Part shown: positions 6,800 to 15,304 of the stretch, one piece after another
Position numbering within the stretch: position 1 is the first letter of the stretch
Layout of the letters: every line of letters starts with the position of its first letter
Virus record (IMG/VR): IMGVR_UViG_3300020477_000009
Length of the DNA: 32,619 nucleotides
DNA from: a virus
Strand: one strand, 5' to 3'
The notes under the pieces: model-generated
Databases searched by the model: none
What the model was told of the DNA's origin: nothing
The model's input: the letters and a program-made list of their open reading frames with translations, nothing else
Program-made: the position numbers and the translations under genes

Positions 6800-7390
6800 T
6801 TGGCCAATAGATTTGATTCCGTTAATTATCCAACAAACGTACCAGACACATTGTATGTAGGGGATAACTTTCTATGGAAGAGAGATTTAACTGATTATCC
6901 CGTTGCTAGTTATTCATTAAGTTATTCTTTTCGATTACTTACTTCGGCTGCTACTGAAATAGCGTTAGGTGATTCAGTAATTACAGAAAGTGATACAAGT
7001 GTTTATACAATTAATGTTCCGAGTAGCACAACAACTGATTATACGAAAGGTGACTATACTTATCAGGAATATATAACAAAAACATCTGGATCAGAAAGAT
7101 TGGTATTAAATACAGGGTTGGTAAGTCTTAAATCTAACTTAGATGCTGATACTGGAGATCCAAGGTCAAGTGCCAGAATTATATTACAGGCCCTTGAAGC
7201 CACGATGGAAAACAGGGCTACAATAGATCAAATGTCTATGAGCATCGCTGGTAGGTCGCTTTCCCGTATGTCACCAGCAGAACTGAATGATTGGAAGTCA
7301 CACTACAAAGCGTTAGTAAGTAATGAAGATAAGAAGTCCAGGCGAGATAAAAGCGAAGCAACAGGAACACAAATTAAGGTTAGATTCTAA
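6800..7390 (+). CDS. Head-tail joining protein with a gpW-like C-terminal domain and an N-terminal extension of about 110 aa (196 aa)
   Basis: TTG start preceded by GAGGA (6789-6793) with a 6-nt spacer. The C-terminal ILQALEATMENRATIDQMSMSIAGRSLSRMSPAELNDWKSHYKALV...IKVRF resembles lambda gpW ([40 protein letters not shown]). It occupies the same position as W, between terminase and portal. Confidence 0.55.
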   Translation: MANRFDSVNYPTNVPDTLYVGDNFLWKRDLTDYPVASYSLSYSFRLLTSAATEIALGDSVITESDTSVYTINVPSSTTTDYTKGDYTYQEYITKTSGSERLVLNTGLVSLKSNLDADTGDPRSSARIILQALEATMENRATIDQMSMSIAGRSLSRMSPAELNDWKSHYKALVSNEDKKSRRDKSEATGTQIKVRF

Positions 7391-8877
7391 TGGCATGGTA
7401 TAAAAATATATTTAAAAGAAAAATAAAGAACTCAATAAAGTTTAGGTCATTCGCAGGCGCACAAGGAGGGAGATTATTCGCAGATTGGAAGACTTCAAAT
7501 GCAACAGCAGATCAAGAGATATTCAATTCATTATCCACTTTAAGAAATAGAAGTAGAGCATTAGCTAGAAATGATAGTTATATTTATAGATATTTGAATA
7601 TGTTGGTGAGCAATGTTATTGGACCAAACGGCATCAGGGTTGCGTCAAAGGCCAGAAATGATAATGGTGAACTAGATTTACAAGGGAACAAAGAGGTAGA
7701 AGCTGCTTTCTCAGAATGGGGGCAAGTTGGAAGTTGTACTTTAAATGGCATACAATCCTTCTTGGATTGCCAAAAGTTATTCATTGAATCTGTAGCCAGG
7801 GATGGAGAAGCATTAATAAGAACAGTCCGTTCTAATAGCAACCGATTTGGTTTTGCTATTCAGTTTTTAGAAGCAGATCATTTAGACGAGAACCTTTCAA
7901 CCAAGAACCAGGAATCAGGTAATTCTATCAAGATGGGAGTGGAAGTAGATAGCTTTGGAAAGCCAGAAGCATATTATTTATTAAAAAACCATCCAGGCAA
8001 TTCACCCTATTATAGTGATTATGCTGATCCGAGTAGATATGTAAAAGTTCCTGCTAATGAACTCATACATGGATATTTACCCAATAGAGCAGAACAGACT
8101 AGGGGTGTCCCCTGGACTTCGGCAGTTTTAGGCAGAGCAAAGATGTTAGATGGGCTAGAAGAGTCTGCAGTAGTAAATGCCAGAGTCGGTGCATCTAAAA
8201 TGGGATTCATTGTCAGCCCCGATGGTGAACAATATGTGGGAGAAGATACAGAAGATACTTATACTCAAATAATGGATGCAACACCAGGAAGTATGGAACA
8301 ACTACCATCAGGAAGTGAATTTCGCAAGTGGGATCCAGAATATCCAAACATGATGTTTGATCCATTTCAAAAAGCTATACTTAGAGGAATCGCATCAGGT
8401 CTTAATGTTTCTTATGTAGATTTAGCTAATAACTTGGAAGGGGTGAATTATTCCAGTATTAGACAGGGAGTAATGGAACAAAGAGATTATTACAGAACAA
8501 TACAAAAATTCGTTATTCAACATATGGTTAGGCCAATATATTTAAAATGGCTTGAATATGCTATGACTACGAAACAGGTAAGCATACCAATTACCAAGTA
8601 TGATAAATTTGCCAATCAAGTTATTTTCATTCCCCGAAGTTGGTCATGGATAGATCCACAGAAGGAAATGAACGCCAATGTAGTTGGACTACAGAACGGG
8701 CAGATAACTATGTCTGATATTCAGTCTTCTATGGGACGTGATCCAGAAGAACTTTTCGAGGAGTTATCCAGAGAAAAGGCACTCGCAGATCAATACGGAG
8801 TAGAGACAGCATTTTCACCCTATGGTGCAACCAAGACTCCTGTTGAACCAGATCTAACGGGAGGAGATAATGAATAA
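7390..8877 (+). CDS. Portal protein, lambda gpB family (495 aa)
   Basis: TAATG overlap with the previous gene. QTRGVPWTSAVLGRAKMLDGLEESAVVNARVGA and ILRGIASGLNVSYVDLANNLEGVNYSSIRQG parallel lambda gpB QTRGANVFYSVMEQMKMLDTLQNTQLQSAIVKA and LLRYIAAGLGVSYEQLSRNYAQMSYSTARAS. Confidence 0.88.
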   Translation: MAWYKNIFKRKIKNSIKFRSFAGAQGGRLFADWKTSNATADQEIFNSLSTLRNRSRALARNDSYIYRYLNMLVSNVIGPNGIRVASKARNDNGELDLQGNKEVEAAFSEWGQVGSCTLNGIQSFLDCQKLFIESVARDGEALIRTVRSNSNRFGFAIQFLEADHLDENLSTKNQESGNSIKMGVEVDSFGKPEAYYLLKNHPGNSPYYSDYADPSRYVKVPANELIHGYLPNRAEQTRGVPWTSAVLGRAKMLDGLEESAVVNARVGASKMGFIVSPDGEQYVGEDTEDTYTQIMDATPGSMEQLPSGSEFRKWDPEYPNMMFDPFQKAILRGIASGLNVSYVDLANNLEGVNYSSIRQGVMEQRDYYRTIQKFVIQHMVRPIYLKWLEYAMTTKQVSIPITKYDKFANQVIFIPRSWSWIDPQKEMNANVVGLQNGQITMSDIQSSMGRDPEELFEELSREKALADQYGVETAFSPYGATKTPVEPDLTGGDNE

Positions 8878-8998
8878 GAACTGGCATCTGGTGGGATTTA
8901 TACAAAGATGTATAAACGTGCCACAAGATAAAAGCAAATTCACCCTAGCTTTTATGCAGGAGTCCGTAGTGGGTGTGGCAATAATGCCAGTAAACTAA
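8870..8998 (+). CDS. Possible small ORF (42 aa) in the portal-capsid gap
   Basis: My translation: MNKNWHLVGFIQRCINVPQDKSKFTLAFMQESVVGVAIMPVN. GGAGGAG lies just upstream of the ATG (short spacer). It fills most of a 132-bp gap. No other support. Confidence 0.25.
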   Translation: MNKNWHLVGFIQRCINVPQDKSKFTLAFMQESVVGVAIMPVN

Positions 8999-9009
8999 AA
9001 GGAAAAGCA

Positions 9010-10977
9010 ATGGAAGAAATCATTGAAGAAGCCGAAGAAAAGGAAGAAGAGGAAACTGAAGATTTAGAAATCGAAGTAGAGTTGGAATCTGATTCTGAGG
9101 AACAGCAAACTGAGGATGAACAGCAAACTGAGGATGAACGAAGTTTTGCTGATAAGAAGCAATTTCGTTCTGCTGCTATTCGCAATGAATATATAGACAC
9201 CGAGAACAGGCGTGTTCGTATAGCACTTACGAGTGAGCAACCAGTAAGTCGTTCCTTTGGTTTAGAAATATTAGATCATTCCGAAGATTCGATTGATACG
9301 TCATTTATTGGTCAAGGTAGAAGTCCACTTTTATTAGACCATGATATGACTCGTCAAATAGGGGTGGTCGAAAACTATTTCATTGATAAAGATGCGAAGA
9401 GAACTATCGCAGAAGTGCGTTTCGGAAGAAGCGAACTTGCTGATGAAATTTTTAATGATGTGCAAGATGGCATACGTCAAAATGTCTCAGTCGGGTACAA
9501 CATAACAAGCATGGAAAGAGATTCATCTTTTGATGAACCTGCTTATCGAGTGGCTTTCCAACCATTAGAAGCATCCATAGTAAGCGTTCCAGCAGATCAA
9601 AGTCAGAATGTGGGAATCGCAAGAAGTGATGATGCAGCTAAAGAATTGCCAGAAATAGAAGTAGAGGTAATAAAAGCCGAAGCTGAGAGTTCTGGTGTAA
9701 TAATTAAAAATAACAACATTGGAAAAACAATGGAACAAAAAGAAGAAATAAACGTTGAAGAAGTGAAAGCTACAACTGTTTCAGAAACACAAAAAAGAAT
9801 CGCAAAAGAAAATGATGAGATTCTTGAATTGGGTGCGAGACATCAACAGCAAGAACTTTCGAGACAAGCAATTAAAGATGGAACTGATCTTGAGACATTC
9901 AGAGGACAACTGCTTAACACTATACCTTCTGGACAACCTTTGGAAACTGCCGAAATAGGTTTGACTGAAAAAGAATCCAGAGACTTTAGTATTTTAAAGG
10001 CCGTTTATGCTATGTCTAACCCTACTAATCGTAAGGCACAAGAAGACGCTAAATTTGAATTTGAGGCCTCTCAGGCAGCAAAAGAAAAATACGGAAGAAA
10101 TTCCGAAGGTCTTACTTTACCAAGTGAAGTAATGGGTACATGGACCAGGGACATTAACACAACAGACGATGCAGGCGGCATCGGAGAAGATTTCAGAAGA
10201 GGAGACTTCATCAATGCACTAAGAGATGCGTCTGGTGTTATTAGAGCAGGGGCAACTATATTCCCTGATCTAGTAGATAACGTCAAGATTCCTAAACAAA
10301 CTGGCGTATCAACTGCAACCTGGATTGCAACCGAAGGTGGTGCCGTGACAGAATCAGAACTTACTTTAGGTTCAGTCACGATGTCTCCAAATACCATATC
10401 TGCGTACACAGATATAACTAACAAGATGCTTGCTAATTCCTCTCTATCAATAGAGACATTAGTAAGAAATGATCTTGCTGCTGGTATCGGTAAAGTAGTG
10501 GATACGGGTGCTATGACGGGTTCTGGAAGTTCTGGTCAACCGACAGGAATAAACTCTGCAACTGGCGTTAATAGTGTCACATTAGATACAGCTTCAACCC
10601 CAACTTGGGCCGAAGCAGTAGAAATGGAATCATTGGTTCTAGCTGATAACGTACCATTTAACAGACCTGGTTATTTAACTAACTCAACTGTAGTAGGAAA
10701 CCTAAAAACTACAGCGAAAGCTAGTAATACAGCAGTCTTTATTATGGACGGAGATGGTAGAGTCAACGGACATCCTGTGACTATCAGTAATGCTGTAGCG
10801 AGTGGTTATATTTACTTTGGAATGTGGTCTGATTTATTGATTGGGTTTTTCGGCTCGATTGATATTTTAACGGATCCATATACGGCCGCTACGAACAACT
10901 TAACTAGAATTAGGGCTACCCAATTCTGTGATGTTGCTGTTAGACATGGACAATCGTTCACCAAGGCAACAGCTTAA
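9010..10977 (+). CDS. Single-ORF fusion (655 aa): acidic N-terminus, HK97-type (S78) prohead protease, coiled-coil scaffold-like linker, HK97-fold major capsid protein
   Basis: Protease part: RIALTSEQPVSRSFGLEILDH...SPLLLDHD...NVSVGYN...PLEASIVSVPAD (His and Ser motifs of the HK97 gp4 type). Middle part: a charged, heptad-like stretch (MEQKEEINVEEVKA...ILELGARHQQQELSRQAIKDG). C-terminal part: ...GGIGEDFRRGDFINALRDASGV...TESELTLGSVTMSPNTISAY..., typical of HK97-family capsid proteins. Confidence 0.8.
   Translation: MEEIIEEAEEKEEEETEDLEIEVELESDSEEQQTEDEQQTEDERSFADKKQFRSAAIRNEYIDTENRRVRIALTSEQPVSRSFGLEILDHSEDSIDTSFIGQGRSPLLLDHDMTRQIGVVENYFIDKDAKRTIAEVRFGRSELADEIFNDVQDGIRQNVSVGYNITSMERDSSFDEPAYRVAFQPLEASIVSVPADQSQNVGIARSDDAAKELPEIEVEVIKAEAESSGVIIKNNNIGKTMEQKEEINVEEVKATTVSETQKRIAKENDEILELGARHQQQELSRQAIKDGTDLETFRGQLLNTIPSGQPLETAEIGLTEKESRDFSILKAVYAMSNPTNRKAQEDAKFEFEASQAAKEKYGRNSEGLTLPSEVMGTWTRDINTTDDAGGIGEDFRRGDFINALRDASGVIRAGATIFPDLVDNVKIPKQTGVSTATWIATEGGAVTESELTLGSVTMSPNTISAYTDITNKMLANSSLSIETLVRNDLAAGIGKVVDTGAMTGSGSSGQPTGINSATGVNSVTLDTASTPTWAEAVEMESLVLADNVPFNRPGYLTNSTVVGNLKTTAKASNTAVFIMDGDGRVNGHPVTISNAVASGYIYFGMWSDLLIGFFGSIDILTDPYTAATNNLTRIRATQFCDVAVRHGQSFTKATA
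9100..9135 (+). repeat. Perfect 2 x 18-bp tandem repeat (gaacagcaaactgaggat) encoding EQQTED twice in the acidic N-terminus
   Basis: Read directly: 9100-9117 equals 9118-9135. Confidence 0.9.
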
Positions 10978-10991
10978 TAGCTAAATAGTGT

Positions 10992-11020
10992 GAAGGGGCT
11001 AATAACCCCTTCCACCTTTT
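10992..11020 (+). terminator. Rho-independent terminator-like hairpin after the capsid gene
   Basis: gaagggg (10992-10998), loop ctaataa, ccccttc (11006-11012), followed by cacctttt. It lies 15 nt after the capsid stop codon. Confidence 0.6.
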
Positions 11021-11031
11021 AAGGAAAAGAT

Positions 11032-11244
11032 ATGAAAAAGTACGAAGTTCTTAAAAATTGTGTAATAGAAGGAAGCGATTTTTCTATTGGAGATACAGTT
11101 GAATTAGAAGAACCTATAGCAGTAGGTCTATTGGCTGCAGGCCAAGTAGCTGAACAAGTAGGTGAAACTGAGAAAACTGATCGTTCCGTAGGATTAGATT
11201 CTTCTGATACTAAACCAGTTAAGAAAAGAAGTAAGAAGAAATAA
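11032..11244 (+). CDS. Hypothetical small head-associated protein (70 aa, basic C-terminal tail KKRSKKK)
   Basis: ORF with AAGGAAAAGAT upstream. It lies between the capsid gene and the FII-like connector gene. No motif recognised. Confidence 0.6.
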   Translation: MKKYEVLKNCVIEGSDFSIGDTVELEEPIAVGLLAAGQVAEQVGETEKTDRSVGLDSSDTKPVKKRSKKK

Positions 11245-11246
11245 AT

Positions 11247-11555
11247 ATGGTACTGGAATCTGCTAGTGATTTAGCTGGATATTTTGATACTTCAGCACAC
11301 GGAACAAGTGCTACCATTACTATTAATGGTTCTAGTTCCTCGATTAATGTAATACTTAATAAAGAGTATTTTGCGATTGATCCTGGGATGGGTATTGATG
11401 TTGATGGAACGCAGCCCGTAGTGACGGGTAGAAGTTCCGATATGTCAGGAGTAGATAATGCAGATACCATACTTATTGATTCAATAACTTATAATATTGT
11501 TGACGTACAACCAGACGGAGTGGGCTGTACAGCACTTGTACTAGAAGAACAATAA
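11247..11555 (+). CDS. Head-tail connector, lambda gpFII-like (102 aa)
   Basis: GTSATIT is identical to a lambda FII segment as I recall it. The C-terminal DTILIDSITYNIVDVQPDGVGCTALVL parallels GDTLTIGEENFWVDRVSPDDGGSCHLWL. Confidence 0.6.
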   Translation: MVLESASDLAGYFDTSAHGTSATITINGSSSSINVILNKEYFAIDPGMGIDVDGTQPVVTGRSSDMSGVDNADTILIDSITYNIVDVQPDGVGCTALVLEEQ

Positions 11556-11998
11556 TGGCGCATATTAGACAACAAATACGAGAACGAGCAGCGAGTACGT
11601 TGGGTTCATTAACTACTACGAGTTCCCGTGTCTATCAATCTAGGGTTTATCCACTAGGATCTAATAATTTACCAGGATTGTTAATTTATACTCAGAGTGA
11701 AGATTCGATGCCAGAAACGATGGGAACGTCACGATTAATTATGAGAACATTGTCTCTAGTGGTTGAAGGATATGTGAAACAAGTTAGCAATTTCGATGAT
11801 AAAGTAGATTTAATCTGCAGCGAAGTCGAAACAGCTATGGCAGGAGATATTACATTAAATGGATTGGCTAAAGATTCATTCCTACAATCAACAGAAATAG
11901 TTTATAACGCAGAAGGTGATCAACCAGTCGGGGCGTGTACTATGACTTATTCAGTCATATATGCAAATGCCGAAGCTGATCCCGATACTGCAGTTTAA
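11555..11998 (+). CDS. Tail terminator, lambda gpU / DUF3168-like (147 aa)
   Basis: TAATG overlap with the previous gene. The pattern IRERAASTL...RVY.SRVYPL...LPGLLIYTQSED...LSLVVEGYV...DDKVDLICSEVETAM resembles gpU (LRAAVLDAL...FDGRPAVFDEADFPAVAVYLTGAE...LHIEVFL...ELDAWMESRIYPVM). It lies just upstream of the tube gene. Confidence 0.5.
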   Translation: MAHIRQQIRERAASTLGSLTTTSSRVYQSRVYPLGSNNLPGLLIYTQSEDSMPETMGTSRLIMRTLSLVVEGYVKQVSNFDDKVDLICSEVETAMAGDITLNGLAKDSFLQSTEIVYNAEGDQPVGACTMTYSVIYANAEADPDTAV

Positions 11999-12008
11999 AG
12001 GAACATAT

Positions 12009-12164
12009 ATGGCAAAAAGAAAGATTTTATATTCTCCACAAGGTCAGGAAGCTATTGAAGTACCTGAACACCGAGTAGAGTTTTTAAAAAGCAAAGGTTG
12101 GACTGAAGAGGTGAAAGCCACTAAGTCTGTTAGTAAAACAAAAAAAAATAAAGAGGAAAAATAA
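12009..12164 (+). CDS. Hypothetical small basic protein (51 aa)
   Basis: ATG 12009 is preceded by AAGGAA (11998-12003). The longer track version starting at 11961 overlaps the previous gene and has no RBS. Confidence 0.5.
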   Translation: MAKRKILYSPQGQEAIEVPEHRVEFLKSKGWTEEVKATKSVSKTKKNKEEK

Positions 12165-12554
12165 ATGGCAACACATTCAGGAAAAGACGGACTCGTAAAA
12201 GTCGGTGCTAATACTGTAGCCGAAGTAAGAAATTGGTCTTTAGATCTATCTGCAGACACAATAGAAGATACTGTAATGGGCGATGCAGCCCGTTCATATC
12301 TTGTTGGACTTACAACAGCTTCAGCAAGTTTCGATTGTTATTGGGATGAAACGGATACAAACGGGCAGCAAGCCGTAGATCCAGGATCGTCTATAACATT
12401 GGTGCTATATCCCGAGGGGGCCGATTCTGGTGATAGTTATTTCACAGGTACGGCTCTTGTGACATCAAAGGCAATCACAGGCACGTTTGATGGTATGGTT
12501 GAAGCTAGTTATTCGGCAACTTACTCAGGTGCCGTGACAGAAGCGACAGTCTAA
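12165..12554 (+). CDS. Major tail tube protein (129 aa)
   Basis: It is in the right position (before the chaperone pair and tape measure) and the right size. GKDGLVKVGANTVAEVRNWSLDLSADTIEDTVMGD...SASFDCYWD is typical of small siphovirus tube proteins (TP901-1 / RcGTA g9 type). Confidence 0.7.
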   Translation: MATHSGKDGLVKVGANTVAEVRNWSLDLSADTIEDTVMGDAARSYLVGLTTASASFDCYWDETDTNGQQAVDPGSSITLVLYPEGADSGDSYFTGTALVTSKAITGTFDGMVEASYSATYSGAVTEATV

Positions 12555-12555
12555 C

Positions 12556-12891
12556 GTGAGGGCGATAGATAGAGCAGTATCCCATTTCGATTCTATAGAA
12601 GTAAAAAAGCTAGAGATCGAAGAGTGGGGTGATGAATCAGGCCCTTTAGTTATTTATGCGAAACCATTAACATTAAATGAGTCGCAAAAGTTATATAAGC
12701 TATCGAAGAATGATGATTTAGCTTTGTTGGCCTATGCTTTAATTCATAAGGCATTGGATGAACAAGGTGAACATCTTTTTACTTTAGAAGACAAAAATAA
12801 GTTAATGAATCACACAGACGTTGGGCTATTGACTACGATTGGAACCTGGATAATGGGTTCGGAAGATATAGAGGTAGCCGAAAAAAAATAA
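12556..12891 (+). CDS. Tail assembly chaperone (gpG analogue, 111 aa, GTG start)
   Basis: It lies between the tube and tape-measure genes and ends ...VAEKK-TAA inside an 8-A run (12881-12888). Confidence 0.75.
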   Translation: MRAIDRAVSHFDSIEVKKLEIEEWGDESGPLVIYAKPLTLNESQKLYKLSKNDDLALLAYALIHKALDEQGEHLFTLEDKNKLMNHTDVGLLTTIGTWIMGSEDIEVAEKK

Positions 12892-13031
12892 GGGCCGATG
12901 CTGACCTATTTACCCAATATGCGTTAGCTGATCGTTTACACAAAACTCTTAGTGAGTTGCGTGAAATGACAGTTGAAGAATATGTCCATTGGATAGCGTA
13001 TATCAAGGTATTAGAAGAAAAGAAAAAATAG
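12556..13031 (+). CDS. Predicted -1 frameshift fusion product of the chaperone (gpGT analogue)
   Basis: Slippery heptamer A_AAA_AAA at 12882-12888, directly followed by the zero-frame stop. The -1 frame is open from 12888 for 47 codons (IRADADLFTQYALADRLHKTLSELREMTVEEYVHWIAYIKVLEEKKK). It stops at TAG 13029-13031, abutting the tape-measure ATG at 13032. Confidence 0.65.
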
Positions 13032-14705
13032 ATGGCACAGACGAAATATAAAATAGTAATAGATGCAGTTAACAGGGCTTCAAAAGTCTTCAGGTCTGTT
13101 CAGAAGGGTTTAGCTAAAGTTGGCGCAGTAGCTAAAGGAATGACCAAGATCTTAGGTGGTGTTGGTCTGGCTGTTGCGGCCGTAGGTGCGGCCTTTATTG
13201 CTATGGGTAAAAAAGCATTTGATACCCTGGACAGCATCGGCAAAACAGCAACCCGAACTGGGTTTGCAGCAGAAACCCTACAAGCACTTAGGTTAGGGGC
13301 AGTAGAGAGTGGTTCTTCGGTAGAAGCATTAAATAAAGCTATTGAGAAATTTTCTAAAAATATCGGTGATGTTATTGTTAAAGGTACAGGAGAGGCCACT
13401 TACGCCCTGGACAGAATGGGAATTACTTTATATGACAATGAAGGAATATTAAAAAGCAATGACCAGATATTAAGAGAAGTCACCGAAGGCATAAAAAATA
13501 TGTCAAGTGAAGTTGAGAGAAATTCAGCTTTACAAGGATTTTTTGGTCGTCAAGGTATATTGATGAATCAGGTCTTCGCTGATGGGGTGAGGGGACTAGA
13601 CCTATGGATTTCTAAAGCAAGAGAAATGGGTTTTGTCGTTAATGGAGAAGCAATTAAGTCCGTAGAAAATTTTAATGATAGATTTTCTGAACTGAAATTT
13701 ATGATTTCAGGATTGGTTAATCAAACCTTTGCAGCATTGGCCCCAGGATTAGAAGAACAGATTACTAAATTCAAAGATTGGGCTGTTGAGACAGCTAAAG
13801 CAAAAGGTGGATTAGAAGATATAGGTAAAACTATTGCTTCTACTCTTGTTGAAAAATTAGCAGCAGGACTAGAAGGGATAGGAGTTTTTGCAGATTCAAT
13901 AGAGAAATTTGCAGTTGCCGTAAAAAATAATTTTTATGAAGTTGCCATTGCTGTATCCACTTTTGCTGATTCAATTCCATTTACAGCAGATCAAACCGAA
14001 AATATAGCTAACTTACAATCTAAACTTTCAAAAGCAACAGGGCAAGCAGGCAGATCTATGAAGGTTGCTGCTCAGAGTGTTAGGGCGTTAGGAAAAGGAA
14101 TACTTGAAGCTAATAAACCGACAGAGGATCTAGATAATAAATTAGAAGATTCTAAAGGAAAACTTAACGGGATGCTAAGAGCAGCAAAGGCCTTCGGTTC
14201 TGGTTTTAAAGATATAATGATAAGTTCTTCGAAAGGATTAGATGATTTCAGAGAGTTGGGTGAAAAGGTAGCAATGAAATTAGAATCTGGCTTAACAGAC
14301 GCATTTATGAATATAGGTAAAGGGTTGGATACTATAAGAGATTTAGCAGATGCCGTATTAAAAATGATTGTTCAAGAAATGATAAGAATAGCCATAGTAA
14401 AACCTTTCCTTGCAGGAATTGGTTTTGCAGCAGAGGGTGGAACAGTCGGAAGTGGTAAGCCCTATATTGTTGGAGAGAGAGGTCCAGAATTATTTGTTCC
14501 TGCAACGACAGGAGCCATTGTTCCGAATGATAGATTGGGAGGGGTAGCAGGAGGAGGAGATACTAATGTTAATGTGACTTTTGAAATTAGTTCTTGGGAT
14601 AGTCGAGATACCCTGGAAGCCATTACTCAACAAGCACCTGCGATTGTAGGAATAGTAGAAAGGTCATTTAGAAAACATGGAAGAAGAGGGCCGTTGGGAT
14701 TATGA
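13032..14705 (+). CDS. Tape measure protein (557 aa)
   Basis: Position after the G/GT pair. N-terminal hydrophobic segment, long helical body, and the C-terminal GKPYIVGERGPELFVP motif common in tape measure proteins. Confidence 0.85.
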   Translation: MAQTKYKIVIDAVNRASKVFRSVQKGLAKVGAVAKGMTKILGGVGLAVAAVGAAFIAMGKKAFDTLDSIGKTATRTGFAAETLQALRLGAVESGSSVEALNKAIEKFSKNIGDVIVKGTGEATYALDRMGITLYDNEGILKSNDQILREVTEGIKNMSSEVERNSALQGFFGRQGILMNQVFADGVRGLDLWISKAREMGFVVNGEAIKSVENFNDRFSELKFMISGLVNQTFAALAPGLEEQITKFKDWAVETAKAKGGLEDIGKTIASTLVEKLAAGLEGIGVFADSIEKFAVAVKNNFYEVAIAVSTFADSIPFTADQTENIANLQSKLSKATGQAGRSMKVAAQSVRALGKGILEANKPTEDLDNKLEDSKGKLNGMLRAAKAFGSGFKDIMISSSKGLDDFRELGEKVAMKLESGLTDAFMNIGKGLDTIRDLADAVLKMIVQEMIRIAIVKPFLAGIGFAAEGGTVGSGKPYIVGERGPELFVPATTGAIVPNDRLGGVAGGGDTNVNVTFEISSWDSRDTLEAITQQAPAIVGIVERSFRKHGRRGPLGL

Positions 14706-15304
14706 GTGGTACTTTTCCTAACTCTCCTGCACCAGCTTCTATAGAAGTAAGTTCTATAGAACCTACGCTTATTTCCGTCACCAGCAATTTAACCAGGCAA
14801 GCCAGATCCAGAGGAGGGCAGCGTTGGTCTTTTAGAGTTTCTTTTGCCCCTATGACTAGGGCGCAGTTTGATCCTATTTTTGCTTTCTCCGTTAAGCAAA
14901 GAGGTCAATACGAAACTTTTACTTGGGTTCCAACAACTATAGGAACTAGTAGAGGAGAATCATCGGAAACACCCGTAGTTGATGGCGCATTAAGTAAGGG
15001 TGTGACAACTGCTACTATAAAATCTCTAACTGCTTCTACAAGCAATATTATGAGATCAGGAGATTTCTTTAAATTTACAGGACACAGTAAAGTTTATATG
15101 TGTACTGCTGATATGAGTAGCGATTCGGGTGGGGCAGCTACGCTTGACTTTGTACCAAAATTAACTACAGCAGTTGCCGATGAAGATGCGTTAACGATTT
15201 CGAGTGTTCCTTTTACAGTTGCTTTTACAAGTGATATTCAAACAGGTAGCACTAATGCAACCTCTTATTATGCTTATGGGATAGATTTAATTGAGGTTCC
15301 GTAA
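14702..15304 (+). CDS. Distal tail protein, lambda gpM-like / RcGTA g12-like (200 aa)
   Basis: ATGA overlap with the tape measure gene. GGQRWSFRVSFAPMTRAQFDPIFAFSVKQRGQYETFTWVP resembles the gpM pattern (Y.V.L..l...e...l..Fl...gG...F.W.PP). Confidence 0.6.
   Translation: MSGTFPNSPAPASIEVSSIEPTLISVTSNLTRQARSRGGQRWSFRVSFAPMTRAQFDPIFAFSVKQRGQYETFTWVPTTIGTSRGESSETPVVDGALSKGVTTATIKSLTASTSNIMRSGDFFKFTGHSKVYMCTADMSSDSGGAATLDFVPKLTTAVADEDALTISSVPFTVAFTSDIQTGSTNATSYYAYGIDLIEVP

Noticed and set aside
6759-6860. 33-codon ORF (MALNVFSLAYEDIVWPIDLIPLIIQQTYQTHCM) overlapping the gpW-like start
   Set aside because: I did not annotate it as a gene. Its first 19 nt belong to the conserved promoter-like element, so conservation of MAL.VF may be a DNA-level effect. 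It is kept only as an alternative hypothesis in the findings.
10071-10424. Other embedded antisense ORFs (10071-10424, 13100-13399, 26431-26697, 27150-27449, 31171-31449, 31397-31714, 208-417, 3713-4091, 4591-5064, 7584-8210, 8729-9200, 11219-11470, 12044-12259, 15834-16043, 17435-17692, 22972-23175, 23454-23663, 25653-25835)
   Set aside because: All lie antisense within + strand genes supported by motifs and by the uninterrupted same-strand gene packing. None has a recognisable RBS or motif.
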